A stretch of DNA of 64,000 bases from Octopus vulgaris (taxonomy: Eukaryota), in the NCBI GenBank assembly GCA_951406725.2, contig OX597824.1:84630001-84694000 (forward strand), written 5' to 3'. The position numbers were made by a program, and so were the translations under genes. Below the pieces are notes generated by a model, which worked only from the letters and a program-made list of their open reading frames with translations, made no database searches and was not told the DNA's origin. Positions within the stretch are counted from its first letter, which is position 1. Each line of letters starts with the position of its first letter. Positions 1 to 10,159 of this stretch are shown here, in pieces.

Positions 1-1884
1 ACTTCTATCTGACAATGTTCCAGCGTATACTCGTCCCAAGCTCTTGACGGGCTCTTCCTTGACTGTTGGAATGCTTTCTTCCGATATTCGAAATTTAAAT
101 TCTTTCTGCACTCCCTTAACAAATGTCAGACTACGCGACTTTTTTGCTCTAAATCGCATCCTTGACCACCTTACACGTTCGTCTAATCTCAAAAGGGCAT
201 TCTGCATGATTTGTTTATCTGTAGCTAGAAGTGTCACGTCATCCATGAAGGCTTTCTTAGGCGATTGTACATGGGCGATTTGTTCCGAAAAATCTACACC
301 TTTCAAAATCAACTCCATGACTAAGATAAACCACGTGACAGATATTGTACAGCCAGCAGCAATGCCAACCTCCAATCGGTGCCAATTTGTTGTAAAACTT
401 CCAGTTGTAAACCTCATTTCGAAACTTTCATAGTACATCCTCATTATTTTGATCACTTTGTCAGGAATGTGGAAGTGGTCCATGGCTGTTATTAGTAATT
501 TGTGTGGCACTGAACCATACGCGTTAGCTAGGTCGAGCCATACCACGTTCAGACTTTTCTTGTTCTGTTTGGCATCCTGAATCGCTTTCCAAATCGAAAA
601 ACAGTGTTCAACGCATCCAGGGATCCCGGGGATTCCGGCCTTTTGAACAGATTCATCAACATATCCGTTACTCTGTAAATATGTCACTGTTCTCCTCGAC
701 AGAATTCCCATAAAGATCTTGCCTTCCACATTCAATAAGGATATCGGCCTAAACTGTTTTATGGTCTTTGCATTGGCCTCTTTCGGCAGGTATATACCTT
801 CTGCCTTACACCAATCCTCTACTATAGTCTCCTCGCGCCACAGTTGTCGGATTAGGACGAAGAGCTTCTTTCGCAGACGATTGCAGTATTTGTAGACTTT
901 ATATGAGACGCCATCACCTCCTGGGGCACTCTTCGCTCTAGCTTTTCTTACGAAGTCATTCACCTCTCTCTCCCTGATGTCCCCAATCTGGAATTCGATA
1001 TCAGGTCCTGAGAGATGATTTAGCCCATGTAGAGATGGCAGCGGCTGATTACGGTGCGGATCGCTGTAGGTTTCCTTGATATGAGCATCCAATTCTTCTT
1101 TAGTGCACGATAAAGTACCACTCTTCGGCTCAGTGAACAGCTTCTTAGTAAACCCGTACGGGTCCTTCAGAAACTGCCCTCGAGTCCTTTTACTTTCTTT
1201 TCGACGCTCATATCGGCGAATATGTCGTTGCACATAACGACATTTCCTCTTCAAATCGTTATACAGCAACGCAAGGCCAGGTTTCTCATCTAGTGCAGCA
1301 CATCTCCATCTCTTTCTTAAGTCGGACTTTTCCTTCCTCAACTGCTGCATTTTTCTGATCCTCCTGCTTGGTCCACACTTTCCTTTCTCTAGTCGGATAT
1401 TCTCTTTTATTCCAAATAAATCTCTTGCTACATCGTATATTGAGCTTGATAATTTTCCCAGTTTTTCCACTGTAGAGCCTGTCATTTTATAAAGAGTCCG
1501 ACAAACCTTGTTTTCAAACTCTTTATATTTCACTTTCTCATTAGCAGCAGGCCACAAAACCCTCGGTTTCCTCTGAGTATTATCCGATGCACCAGTTTCA
1601 TGACTTGTAGTTTCTTCACGTGAAGAGTTCTGTGCTGTAGCATTTATCGATCCGCTGTGGTTTGAGTCCGGGGATGATTTGCCACGTGTTTTACGATCTG
1701 ACGATCCACACTGCTCTGTCCTCTTCTCACAAGTCTTTCCCTGATGTATCTTCAAGCCTCTCTCAGTTGCAAAGGTTCTATAGCACAGCTTGCATCCAAA
1801 GTTGTTTGCATTTCGTCCGCTGTTCGAATGAATAATCATGTTCGTTTCAAAGGTCGTTTCCGTGCTGACTGGGTTTGATTGATT
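1..1884 (-). mobile_element. Inverted 5' half (zinc finger + most of RT) of an RLE-type, HERO-like non-LTR retrotransposon, copy A; runs off the left edge of the window
   Basis: Matches 4564-6447 at offset 4563 (one difference seen by eye, C48 vs A4611), so it encodes the same open RT frame as ORF 4429-6552. Joins the + strand 3' half at 1884. Confidence 0.93.
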
Positions 1885-3453
1885 AGTCTGACATTTGTTA
1901 AGGGAGTGCAGAAAGAATTTAAATTTCGAATATCGGAAGAAAGCATTCCAACAGTCAAGGAAGAGCCCGTCAAGAGCTTGGGACGAGTATACGCTGGAAC
2001 ATTGTCAGATAGAAGTCGTGGGATTGAAATTATGAAACAGGCCGAGGCTGGGTTATCAGCGATTGATGTTTCGAAGTTACCAGGTAAATATAAAATTTGG
2101 TGCTTGCAGTTCGGCCTGTACCCGCGACTTGCATGGCCACTTTTAATATACGAAGTAGCATTGTCACGAGTTGAAAAGATCGAACAAAAATGTAATGTGT
2201 TCATTAGAAAGTGGCTAGGTCTACCTCGTATGTTGAACAGCTCAGCTCTTTATCGTAAAAGAGGTTCGTTGCAGTTACCAATAGCATCAATAGTCGAAAT
2301 ATATAAGTTGGGGAAGATACGGACGGTCATGATGCTGAGAGAATCGAAGGATATGGAAATCAGGCGTAACCCACCAGAGGTGAAAACAGCCAGGAAGTGG
2401 AAAGCAGAAGCAGAAACTGACAACATCTTGTCTTCTCTTACACACAGAGATATGGTGGGAGCAACGCAGAACCATCGGAAAGGATTTGGTTTTGGCGCGG
2501 ATCAGTTCAGACCGTTTGCAAGCATGATGCCGTGTGAACGCAGATCTGTTGTTAGCAACAGCGTCAAAACAAGAGAAGCAGAGAGAAGAGAGCTTCATTT
2601 GATCCGATGTGTTCATCAAGGTCAGATGACGAGATGGGAAGAACATGTTGTTGAGAGGAAGATAAGTTGGGATGAGATGTGGAAGTGGACAACATCTCGG
2701 CTGAGTTTCCTGATTCGTTCATCTTATGATGTTTTGCCATCACCTACGAATCTAGTAAGATGGAACGTCTTAGAGAATGACGTCTGCAAATGTGGAAAAG
2801 TCGGTACACTAAAACATATTCTTTCCAACTGTTCGTTAGCATTGAACAGGTACACATGGAGGCACAACTTGGTCCTTAAGGTTATCTTCAATGCTATAAA
2901 GAATCAAATTCATCTCAACAACACTGAGGAAAAATCGTTAAAAGTACCATCAAGAGAGTTCATTACCTTCGTGCGACCAGGTCAGCAGATCCGTTTCAAG
3001 AAGAAGACCAAGAAACTTCCTGAGAAAAATGAAAAGTGGAACGACTATTGGGAGGTAACTGCAGATTTACCTGGGTGCCAGGTTTTCTTTCCCATCCCAG
3101 TTTCGAAAAAACCAGATATTTTGATGTGGTGTGAAAGAAAGAAAGTTTTAAATATAGTCGAGCTAACGGTTCCTCACGAAGATAATATGGACGCCGCTCG
3201 AGCTCGAAAATTAAACCGTTATGAAAACCTCCTCGAGGAATATGAAGACGCAGGCTGGAAAGCGGAACATTTTCCTATCGAAGTCGGATGTAGAGGGTTT
3301 GTAGGACACAGCGTGAGACGACTGTTGTTATCGTTAGGCCTAACTCATCGTAAAGTCAATACCACCATGACTGATATCCAATCTACAGTGGAGAAGGCTA
3401 GCCACTGGATTTGGTTAAAAAGAGACGATGAGCGATGGCTAGAAGTATATTGA
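1885..3453 (+). CDS. 3' half of the retrotransposon ORF: RT C-terminus/thumb, CCHC zinc knuckle, restriction-like endonuclease (522 aa from SLTFVKG; no genuine start codon)
   Basis: LPGKYKIWCLQFGLYPRLAWPL, CKCGKVGTLKHILSNC, YTWRHN, KPD...IVELTV...K..RYE, EVGCRGFV and terminal SHWIWLKR are hallmarks of RLE-clade (HERO-like) ORFs. Stop TGA at 3451-3453. Confidence 0.93.
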   Translation, partial: SLTFVKGVQKEFKFRISEESIPTVKEEPVKSLGRVYAGTLSDRSRGIEIMKQAEAGLSAIDVSKLPGKYKIWCLQFGLYPRLAWPLLIYEVALSRVEKIEQKCNVFIRKWLGLPRMLNSSALYRKRGSLQLPIASIVEIYKLGKIRTVMMLRESKDMEIRRNPPEVKTARKWKAEAETDNILSSLTHRDMVGATQNHRKGFGFGADQFRPFASMMPCERRSVVSNSVKTREAERRELHLIRCVHQGQMTRWEEHVVERKISWDEMWKWTTSRLSFLIRSSYDVLPSPTNLVRWNVLENDVCKCGKVGTLKHILSNCSLALNRYTWRHNLVLKVIFNAIKNQIHLNNTEEKSLKVPSREFITFVRPGQQIRFKKKTKKLPEKNEKWNDYWEVTADLPGCQVFFPIPVSKKPDILMWCERKKVLNIVELTVPHEDNMDAARARKLNRYENLLEEYEDAGWKAEHFPIEVGCRGFVGHSVRRLLLSLGLTHRKVNTTMTDIQSTVEKASHWIWLKRDDERWLEVY

Positions 3454-3620
3454 GTTCATCATAACCAGCTGATCTAGCAAGCGGGGCCTCATATCAGTGA
3501 GGGGGGCCGGTGCGCATTGATGCCGTCGAGAGGTAGGCCCCGAAACGGCGCGCATTCTCTCCTGATGACCCCATACACTTGCTAGCTTCCGATATACGGA
3601 GCTTTTAACTGGTAGCACTT
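3454..3620 (+). ncRNA. Structured 3' UTR of the HERO-like element containing hammerhead-like core motifs
   Basis: Complementary blocks read directly from sequence: 3474-3481/3578-3585, 3483-3486/3569-3572, 3487-3491/3498-3502, 3503-3508/3536-3541, 3521-3526/3545-3550, 3528-3533/3556-3561. GTC 3525-3527, GAAAC 3542-3546, CTGATGA 3562-3568. The exact 3' terminus is uncertain and no poly(A) is visible. Confidence 0.6.
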
Positions 3621-3933
3621 GCATGTGCAAGTTGTTTGCAAGATATATATAGCTTCACCGCGTTTGTACTAGCAAAAATGCGTGTGTGCAACAAACTTGA
3701 AAAAAATTGTCTTACCTCCAGGGAGAACATCTGAAAGATGAAATACCTAGAAAGGGATAATGTGGTACCGGTTTCAGATTTTTCAAGATATGTCTGCACA
3801 CATATACTTGATTTATCTTCATCAGCCAACATATACCTCGACAACATTTCAAATGTTGCCGCATCAATGCCAATACACTCGACTGAAACGCCAAAACGCT
3901 GACAGAACGAGAATAGTGAAGAAGTTTCAATAA

Positions 3934-4069
3934 AAATAGTAATGCAATACGAGAGTATTGCTTTCCAGTAAAGAATAGCCCGTGAGGGACAATTATATAT
4001 CTACTTCTATGTATAATTTTCCCTCACGGGCTATTCTTTACTGGAAAGCAATACTCTGGTATTGCATTA

Positions 4070-4075
<6 letters not shown>
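3934..4075. repeat. Foldback palindrome: 64-bp arms with 2 mismatches and a 14-nt loop (MITE-like)
   Basis: 3934-3997 is the reverse complement of 4012-4075; each arm contains an internal GCAATAC-N4-GTATTGC hairpin; followed by (TA)n(TG)n. Confidence 0.9.
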
Positions 4076-4161
<86 letters not shown>

Positions 4162-4342
4162 ATATACACACGTCCTTGTTTTCTTTGTATCGTCTGTCTG
4201 GATGTCTTGTCTCTTTTTTATATCACCTAACTGTTTGGATGTTTTGGGTTCTTGTCCCATTTTTTTGTGTGTGTGTATATATATACGACGGGCTTCTTTC
4301 CGTTTCCGTCTACCAAATCTACTCACAAGGCTTTGGTCGTCC

Positions 4343-4450
4343 ATGTATAAATTTATCATTCTTAAATTAGAATAATAAATTTGTACTCTACAGCAGTAAC
4401 CCATCAGATTAAGGGAAAGTTGTTTTTATTATAACTGAACATAAAAACAA
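4343..4450. repeat. Fragment of an interspersed repeat also present, in the opposite orientation, at ~10160-10250 and ~56675-56760 (adjacent to Penelope-like remnants there)
   Basis: Shared TTTTATGTT..TTATAATAAAAA-CAA..TCTGA.GG.TTA..GTACAAATTTATT motif. Confidence 0.55.
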
Positions 4451-4479
4451 TCGCGCACCCTCGACCGCCTTCTTCTTCT

Positions 4480-6474
4480 CCAAATTTTATATTTACCTGG
4501 TAACTTCGAAACATCAATCGCTGATAACCCAGCCTCGGCCTGTTTCATAATTTCAATCCCACGACTTCTATCTGACAATGTTCCAGCGTATACTCGTCCC
4601 AAGCTCTTGAAGGGCTCTTCCTTGACTGTTGGAATGCTTTCTTCCGATATTCGAAATTTAAATTCTTTCTGCACTCCCTTAACAAATGTCAGACTACGCG
4701 ACTTTTTTGCTCTAAATCGCATCCTTGACCACCTTACACGTTCGTCTAATCTCAAAAGGGCATTCTGCATGATTTGTTTATCTGTAGCTAGAAGTGTCAC
4801 GTCATCCATGAAGGCTTTCTTAGGCGATTGTACATGGGCGATTTGTTCCGAAAAATCTACACCTTTCAAAATCAACTCCATGACTAAGATAAACCACGTG
4901 ACAGATATTGTACAGCCAGCAGCAATGCCAACCTCCAATCGGTGCCAATTTGTTGTAAAACTTCCAGTTGTAAACCTCATTTCGAAACTTTCATAGTACA
5001 TCCTCATTATTTTGATCACTTTGTCAGGAATGTGGAAGTGGTCCATGGCTGTTATTAGTAATTTGTGTGGCACTGAACCATACGCGTTAGCTAGGTCGAG
5101 CCATACCACGTTCAGACTTTTCTTGTTCTGTTTGGCATCCTGAATCGCTTTCCAAATCGAAAAACAGTGTTCAACGCATCCAGGGATCCCGGGGATTCCG
5201 GCCTTTTGAACAGATTCATCAACATATCCGTTACTCTGTAAATATGTCACTGTTCTCCTCGACAGAATTCCCATAAAGATCTTGCCTTCCACATTCAATA
5301 AGGATATCGGCCTAAACTGTTTTATGGTCTTTGCATTGGCCTCTTTCGGCAGGTATATACCTTCTGCCTTACACCAATCCTCTACTATAGTCTCCTCGCG
5401 CCACAGTTGTCGGATTAGGACGAAGAGCTTCTTTCGCAGACGATTGCAGTATTTGTAGACTTTATATGAGACGCCATCACCTCCTGGGGCACTCTTCGCT
5501 CTAGCTTTTCTTACGAAGTCATTCACCTCTCTCTCCCTGATGTCCCCAATCTGGAATTCGATATCAGGTCCTGAGAGATGATTTAGCCCATGTAGAGATG
5601 GCAGCGGCTGATTACGGTGCGGATCGCTGTAGGTTTCCTTGATATGAGCATCCAATTCTTCTTTAGTGCACGATAAAGTACCACTCTTCGGCTCAGTGAA
5701 CAGCTTCTTAGTAAACCCGTACGGGTCCTTCAGAAACTGCCCTCGAGTCCTTTTACTTTCTTTTCGACGCTCATATCGGCGAATATGTCGTTGCACATAA
5801 CGACATTTCCTCTTCAAATCGTTATACAGCAACGCAAGGCCAGGTTTCTCATCTAGTGCAGCACATCTCCATCTCTTTCTTAAGTCGGACTTTTCCTTCC
5901 TCAACTGCTGCATTTTTCTGATCCTCCTGCTTGGTCCACACTTTCCTTTCTCTAGTCGGATATTCTCTTTTATTCCAAATAAATCTCTTGCTACATCGTA
6001 TATTGAGCTTGATAATTTTCCCAGTTTTTCCACTGTAGAGCCTGTCATTTTATAAAGAGTCCGACAAACCTTGTTTTCAAACTCTTTATATTTCACTTTC
6101 TCATTAGCAGCAGGCCACAAAACCCTCGGTTTCCTCTGAGTATTATCCGATGCACCAGTTTCATGACTTGTAGTTTCTTCACGTGAAGAGTTCTGTGCTG
6201 TAGCATTTATCGATCCGCTGTGGTTTGAGTCCGGGGATGATTTGCCACGTGTTTTACGATCTGACGATCCACACTGCTCTGTCCTCTTCTCACAAGTCTT
6301 TCCCTGATGTATCTTCAAGCCTCTCTCAGTTGCAAAGGTTCTATAGCACAGCTTGCATCCAAAGTTGTTTGCATTTCGTCCGCTGTTCGAATGAATAATC
6401 ATGTTCGTTTCAAAGGTCGTTTCCGTGCTGACTGGGTTTGATTGATTCTCGACTCCCCCCTCTCGGTCAATCAT
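4480..6474 (-). CDS. HERO-like retrotransposon copy B: N-terminal zinc finger + RT, 3'-truncated after GKYKIW
   Basis: Probable start MIDREGG (ATG 6474); CKLCYRTFATERGLKIHQGKTC zinc finger; SAPGGDG, FRPISLLNVEGK, WLDLANAYGSVPH, GIAAGCTIS, AFMDDV RT motifs. Identity with the + copy ends at 4480 and is followed by unrelated (TTC)n-containing flank. Confidence 0.93.
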
Positions 6475-6781
6475 GGGGCTGTCTTTTCCTGTTAACGTCG
6501 TATTTATTACGTTCGCTATTTTCCAGTAAATATCGCTACTTCGTTGTACCATATATTTACTTCTATGTATATATATATATATATTATATATATTATATAT
6601 ATATATATATATACATCTGTATGTGTGCGCGCACGTCCATGTTATATATATAACACAAATGGGGTGAAGTTCATTACACTTGTTTCAAACGAGTTTTTTC
6701 TTTCTTTATTGATGAACAAATCAATTACATCATGAAGAAAACCCTTTTCTTCAGGTGAATTAAAATTAAAATCCAACACTT

Positions 6782-6829
<48 letters not shown>

Positions 6830-7015
6830 TGCAATGTATTAGTTTCAATTTTTGGCACAAGGCCAGCAAATTCAGTGGATGGGTAAATCGATTACATCGA
6901 CACCAATACATAACTGGTACTTATTTTATGCCCCCCCCGAAAGCAAAGTCAACGTCGGCGGAATTCGAACTCGGAACGTGTGTATGTGAGTGAGTGAGTG
7001 CGTGTGTGTTTATGA

Positions 7016-7048
<33 letters not shown>

Positions 7049-7488
7049 CTTGGTGTTGCATTTTTGATACACACACACACACAGACGCTGGCATGACACT
7101 AAAGAGAATGTTAATTCGTTTCTGACAAAAGAAATAATGAAGGTTGCACTCTTGTGCTCACCTTAACGACGTGACAGTGAAGACTTCGTTTTCAGCCGAT
7201 GACATATAACAAGGTTATAAGGTTGGAAGTAACATTACACATTGAAGAACAACCTATTTCTCCAACAAAAGAAGGTTTGTTATACGTGATGGGAACAGCC
7301 AGCAACGATATGCACACACTTGATATGAAGCACTTGGGATAGGATTAATGGTAGTTATATGTTCTTAATTAGCTATATATGCCTATATACAATAAAATGT
7401 TAAGATTGTAGGGTTATAAAACATGGTAGGATAGGCAATACAAAAAAAGATTTATAGTCAAACGCTCATTCTTGCACCTATGTAACTA

Positions 7489-7815
<327 letters not shown>

Positions 7816-8520
7816 GTGCAGATACAGGTGTCCGGTTAAGAAGCCGTCTTTGAAGCAATCTGGCTTCAAGTACAGTGTTCCACTGCGTGACACCCTGTCC
7901 TCAAAGAATTGCAACCCCTGCATCGTCTTTTAGTTCATTTAATAATTCTATGAGTTCTTCGTTTGTTTTGTGAAAAAAACTGTGAACTTCATTTCGATGA
8001 GCTCCTCCAAATAGTTTTTGCTTGCCTTCTCACTAGCCGCCTACCATTGCTTATATTGAAACTTGGTGCAACCAAAAGCACCAGTGAGTATTTTTTTACG
8101 TTGGACATAACAAGACACATTCTACATCATCTGATTAGCTTCGCATATGGTAGTCTTCACCAAAACACTATCTTTCAAATGTCTCTTGATTTTCTCTGGC
8201 CTTATTTCCGTCTCACCAAAAAGAAGCTGGTCTTCATCAATTTGCGTGAGGTTTTCTATTAGTTTAAATGAGAAAATCATTGATACTTCATGTACCTGTG
8301 AAAGACATACTCCGGGAAAGAGAACCTCTTCGCTAGACGTACGTACATATGTACATATATACATATATACATACGTACATGATGGGTGTCAACTCGTAGA
8401 CAAATGACCACCACTGACAAATTACTTTATACTAGAACAGTGGTTCTTCACCAGGGTCCATATAAGATTTTTGGGAGTCCGCAAAAATTTTATTTGCATG
8501 TATTTCCACTTGTTGGTATC

Positions 8521-8935
8521 CGGCGAGCTGGCAGAAACGTTAGCACGCCGGGCGAAATGCTTAGCGGTATTTCGTCTGCGTTACGTTATGAGTTCAAATT
8601 CCGCCGAGGTCGACTTTGCCTTTCATCCTTTCGGGGTCGATAAATTAAGTACCAGTTACGCACTGGGGTCGATGTAATCGAATTAATACCTATGTCTGTC
8701 CTTGTTTGTCCCCTCTGTGTTTAGCCCCTTGTGGGTAATAAAGAAATAGGTATTTCATCTGCCGCTACGTTCTGAGTTCAAATTCCGCCGAGGTTGACTT
8801 TGCCTTTCATCCTTTCGGGGTCGATTAAATAAGTACCAGTTACGCACTGGGGTCGATATAATCGACTTAATCCGTTTGTCTGTGCTTGTTTGTCCTCTCT
8901 GTGTTTAGCCCCTTGTGGGTAGTAAAGAAATAGGT
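8521..8935 (+). mobile_element. tRNA-derived SINE family A with internal tandem duplication (dimer)
   Basis: Head GGCGAGCTGGCAGAAACGTTAG, B-box GAGTTCAAATTCC, central GCCTTTCATCCTTTCGGGGTCGATAAATTAAGTACCAG, tail AGCCCCTTGTGGGTA.TAAAGAAATAG; body repeated from ~8750. Confidence 0.88.
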
Positions 8936-9132
8936 ATCAACTTTCAGTTTGCAGAGGGGGTACTGTAGGCTGCCAGGAGAGATTTATTTTGTCGTGGCAG
9001 AGTAACACGCCGTGCTATGTCCACTTCGAACCAGCAGAGCCGGCTGCGGAAGAATGTTTCGTTATCTATTTCGATCGGACGATCTACTTGCGAAAATCAG
9101 TCAACGTTTTGACTGAATTATATATAAAAAGC

Positions 9133-9497
9133 TGGAGGCGCAATGGCCCAGTGGTTAGGGCAGCGGACTCGCGGTCATAGGATTGCGGTTTCGATTCCCA
9201 GACCGGGCGTTGTGAGTGTTTATTGAGCGAAAACACCTAAAAGCTCCACGAGCCTCCGGCAGAGGATAGTGGTGATCCCTGCTGTACTCTTTCACCACAA
9301 CTTTCTCTCACTCTTACTTCCTGTTTCTGTTGTACCTGTACTTCAAAGGGCCGCTGAATATCCCCGAGAACTACGTTAAGGGTGCACGTGTCTGTGGAGT
9401 GCTCAGCCACTCACACGTTAATTTCACGAGCAAGCTGTTCCGTTGATTCGGATCAACCGGAACCCTCATCGTCGTAACCGACGGAGTGCTTCCATCC
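9133..9497 (+). mobile_element. tRNA-derived SINE family D (tRNA-Arg-like head)
   Basis: A-box TGGCCCAGTGG and B-box GTTTCGATTCC; homologous copies at 17764-18052 and 56887-57180. Confidence 0.8.
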
Positions 9498-9909
9498 ATA
9501 TAAAAAGCTACAAGCTATAATTAGCTCGTTCAGAGTTGCCTCTCTTTGGTACATCTCATTGACAAGAGTCAAAAAACACGAAACATTCCTAACAAATAGC
9601 GACAATGAATGAACGGGCATTTTCACACCTTTTACCATAAGAGAGATTTTTTTTTCTCTACGGTAACTGCAGTGCCTTTAGCAGTTGAAATATGTGACAA
9701 ACCCAGCATACGCAACAACTTCATGCTTTTTAATCTCAGCATGAGTTTGCGACTCACTAAATGAATTGGGTCATCACAGCATACGGCTAAACTATGAATC
9801 TTTTATCCAAGCACTAGTACTGAATGCGAAACGAGATGGTTACAACGTGAATTTTTAAACTACACAACAATGCCTGCTCTTGTATAGATATATGTGAGTG
9901 TGCAAATAC

Positions 9910-10002
<93 letters not shown>

Positions 10003-10118
10003 CACACATACATACGTACGTACATACATAGATACATACATATGTGTGTGTATATGCATATGCATATATAAACACTTGTGCACTCGTATATATATACAAA
10101 TGCAGGCATTGTAGTGTC

Positions 10119-10154
<36 letters not shown>

Positions 10155-10159
10155 ATAAA

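Noticed and set aside
44-433. 129-aa ORFs at 44-433 and 4607-4996, and minus ORFs at 1836-2204 and 2287-2646
   Set aside because: Antisense shadows of the retrotransposon ORF with no recognisable motifs.
4429-6552. 707-aa ORF as a complete gene
   Set aside because: The C-terminal RRRRRSRVRDCFYVQL is read-through into flanking DNA beyond 4480, the first ~26 residues probably come from leader/flank, and the nuclease domain is missing.
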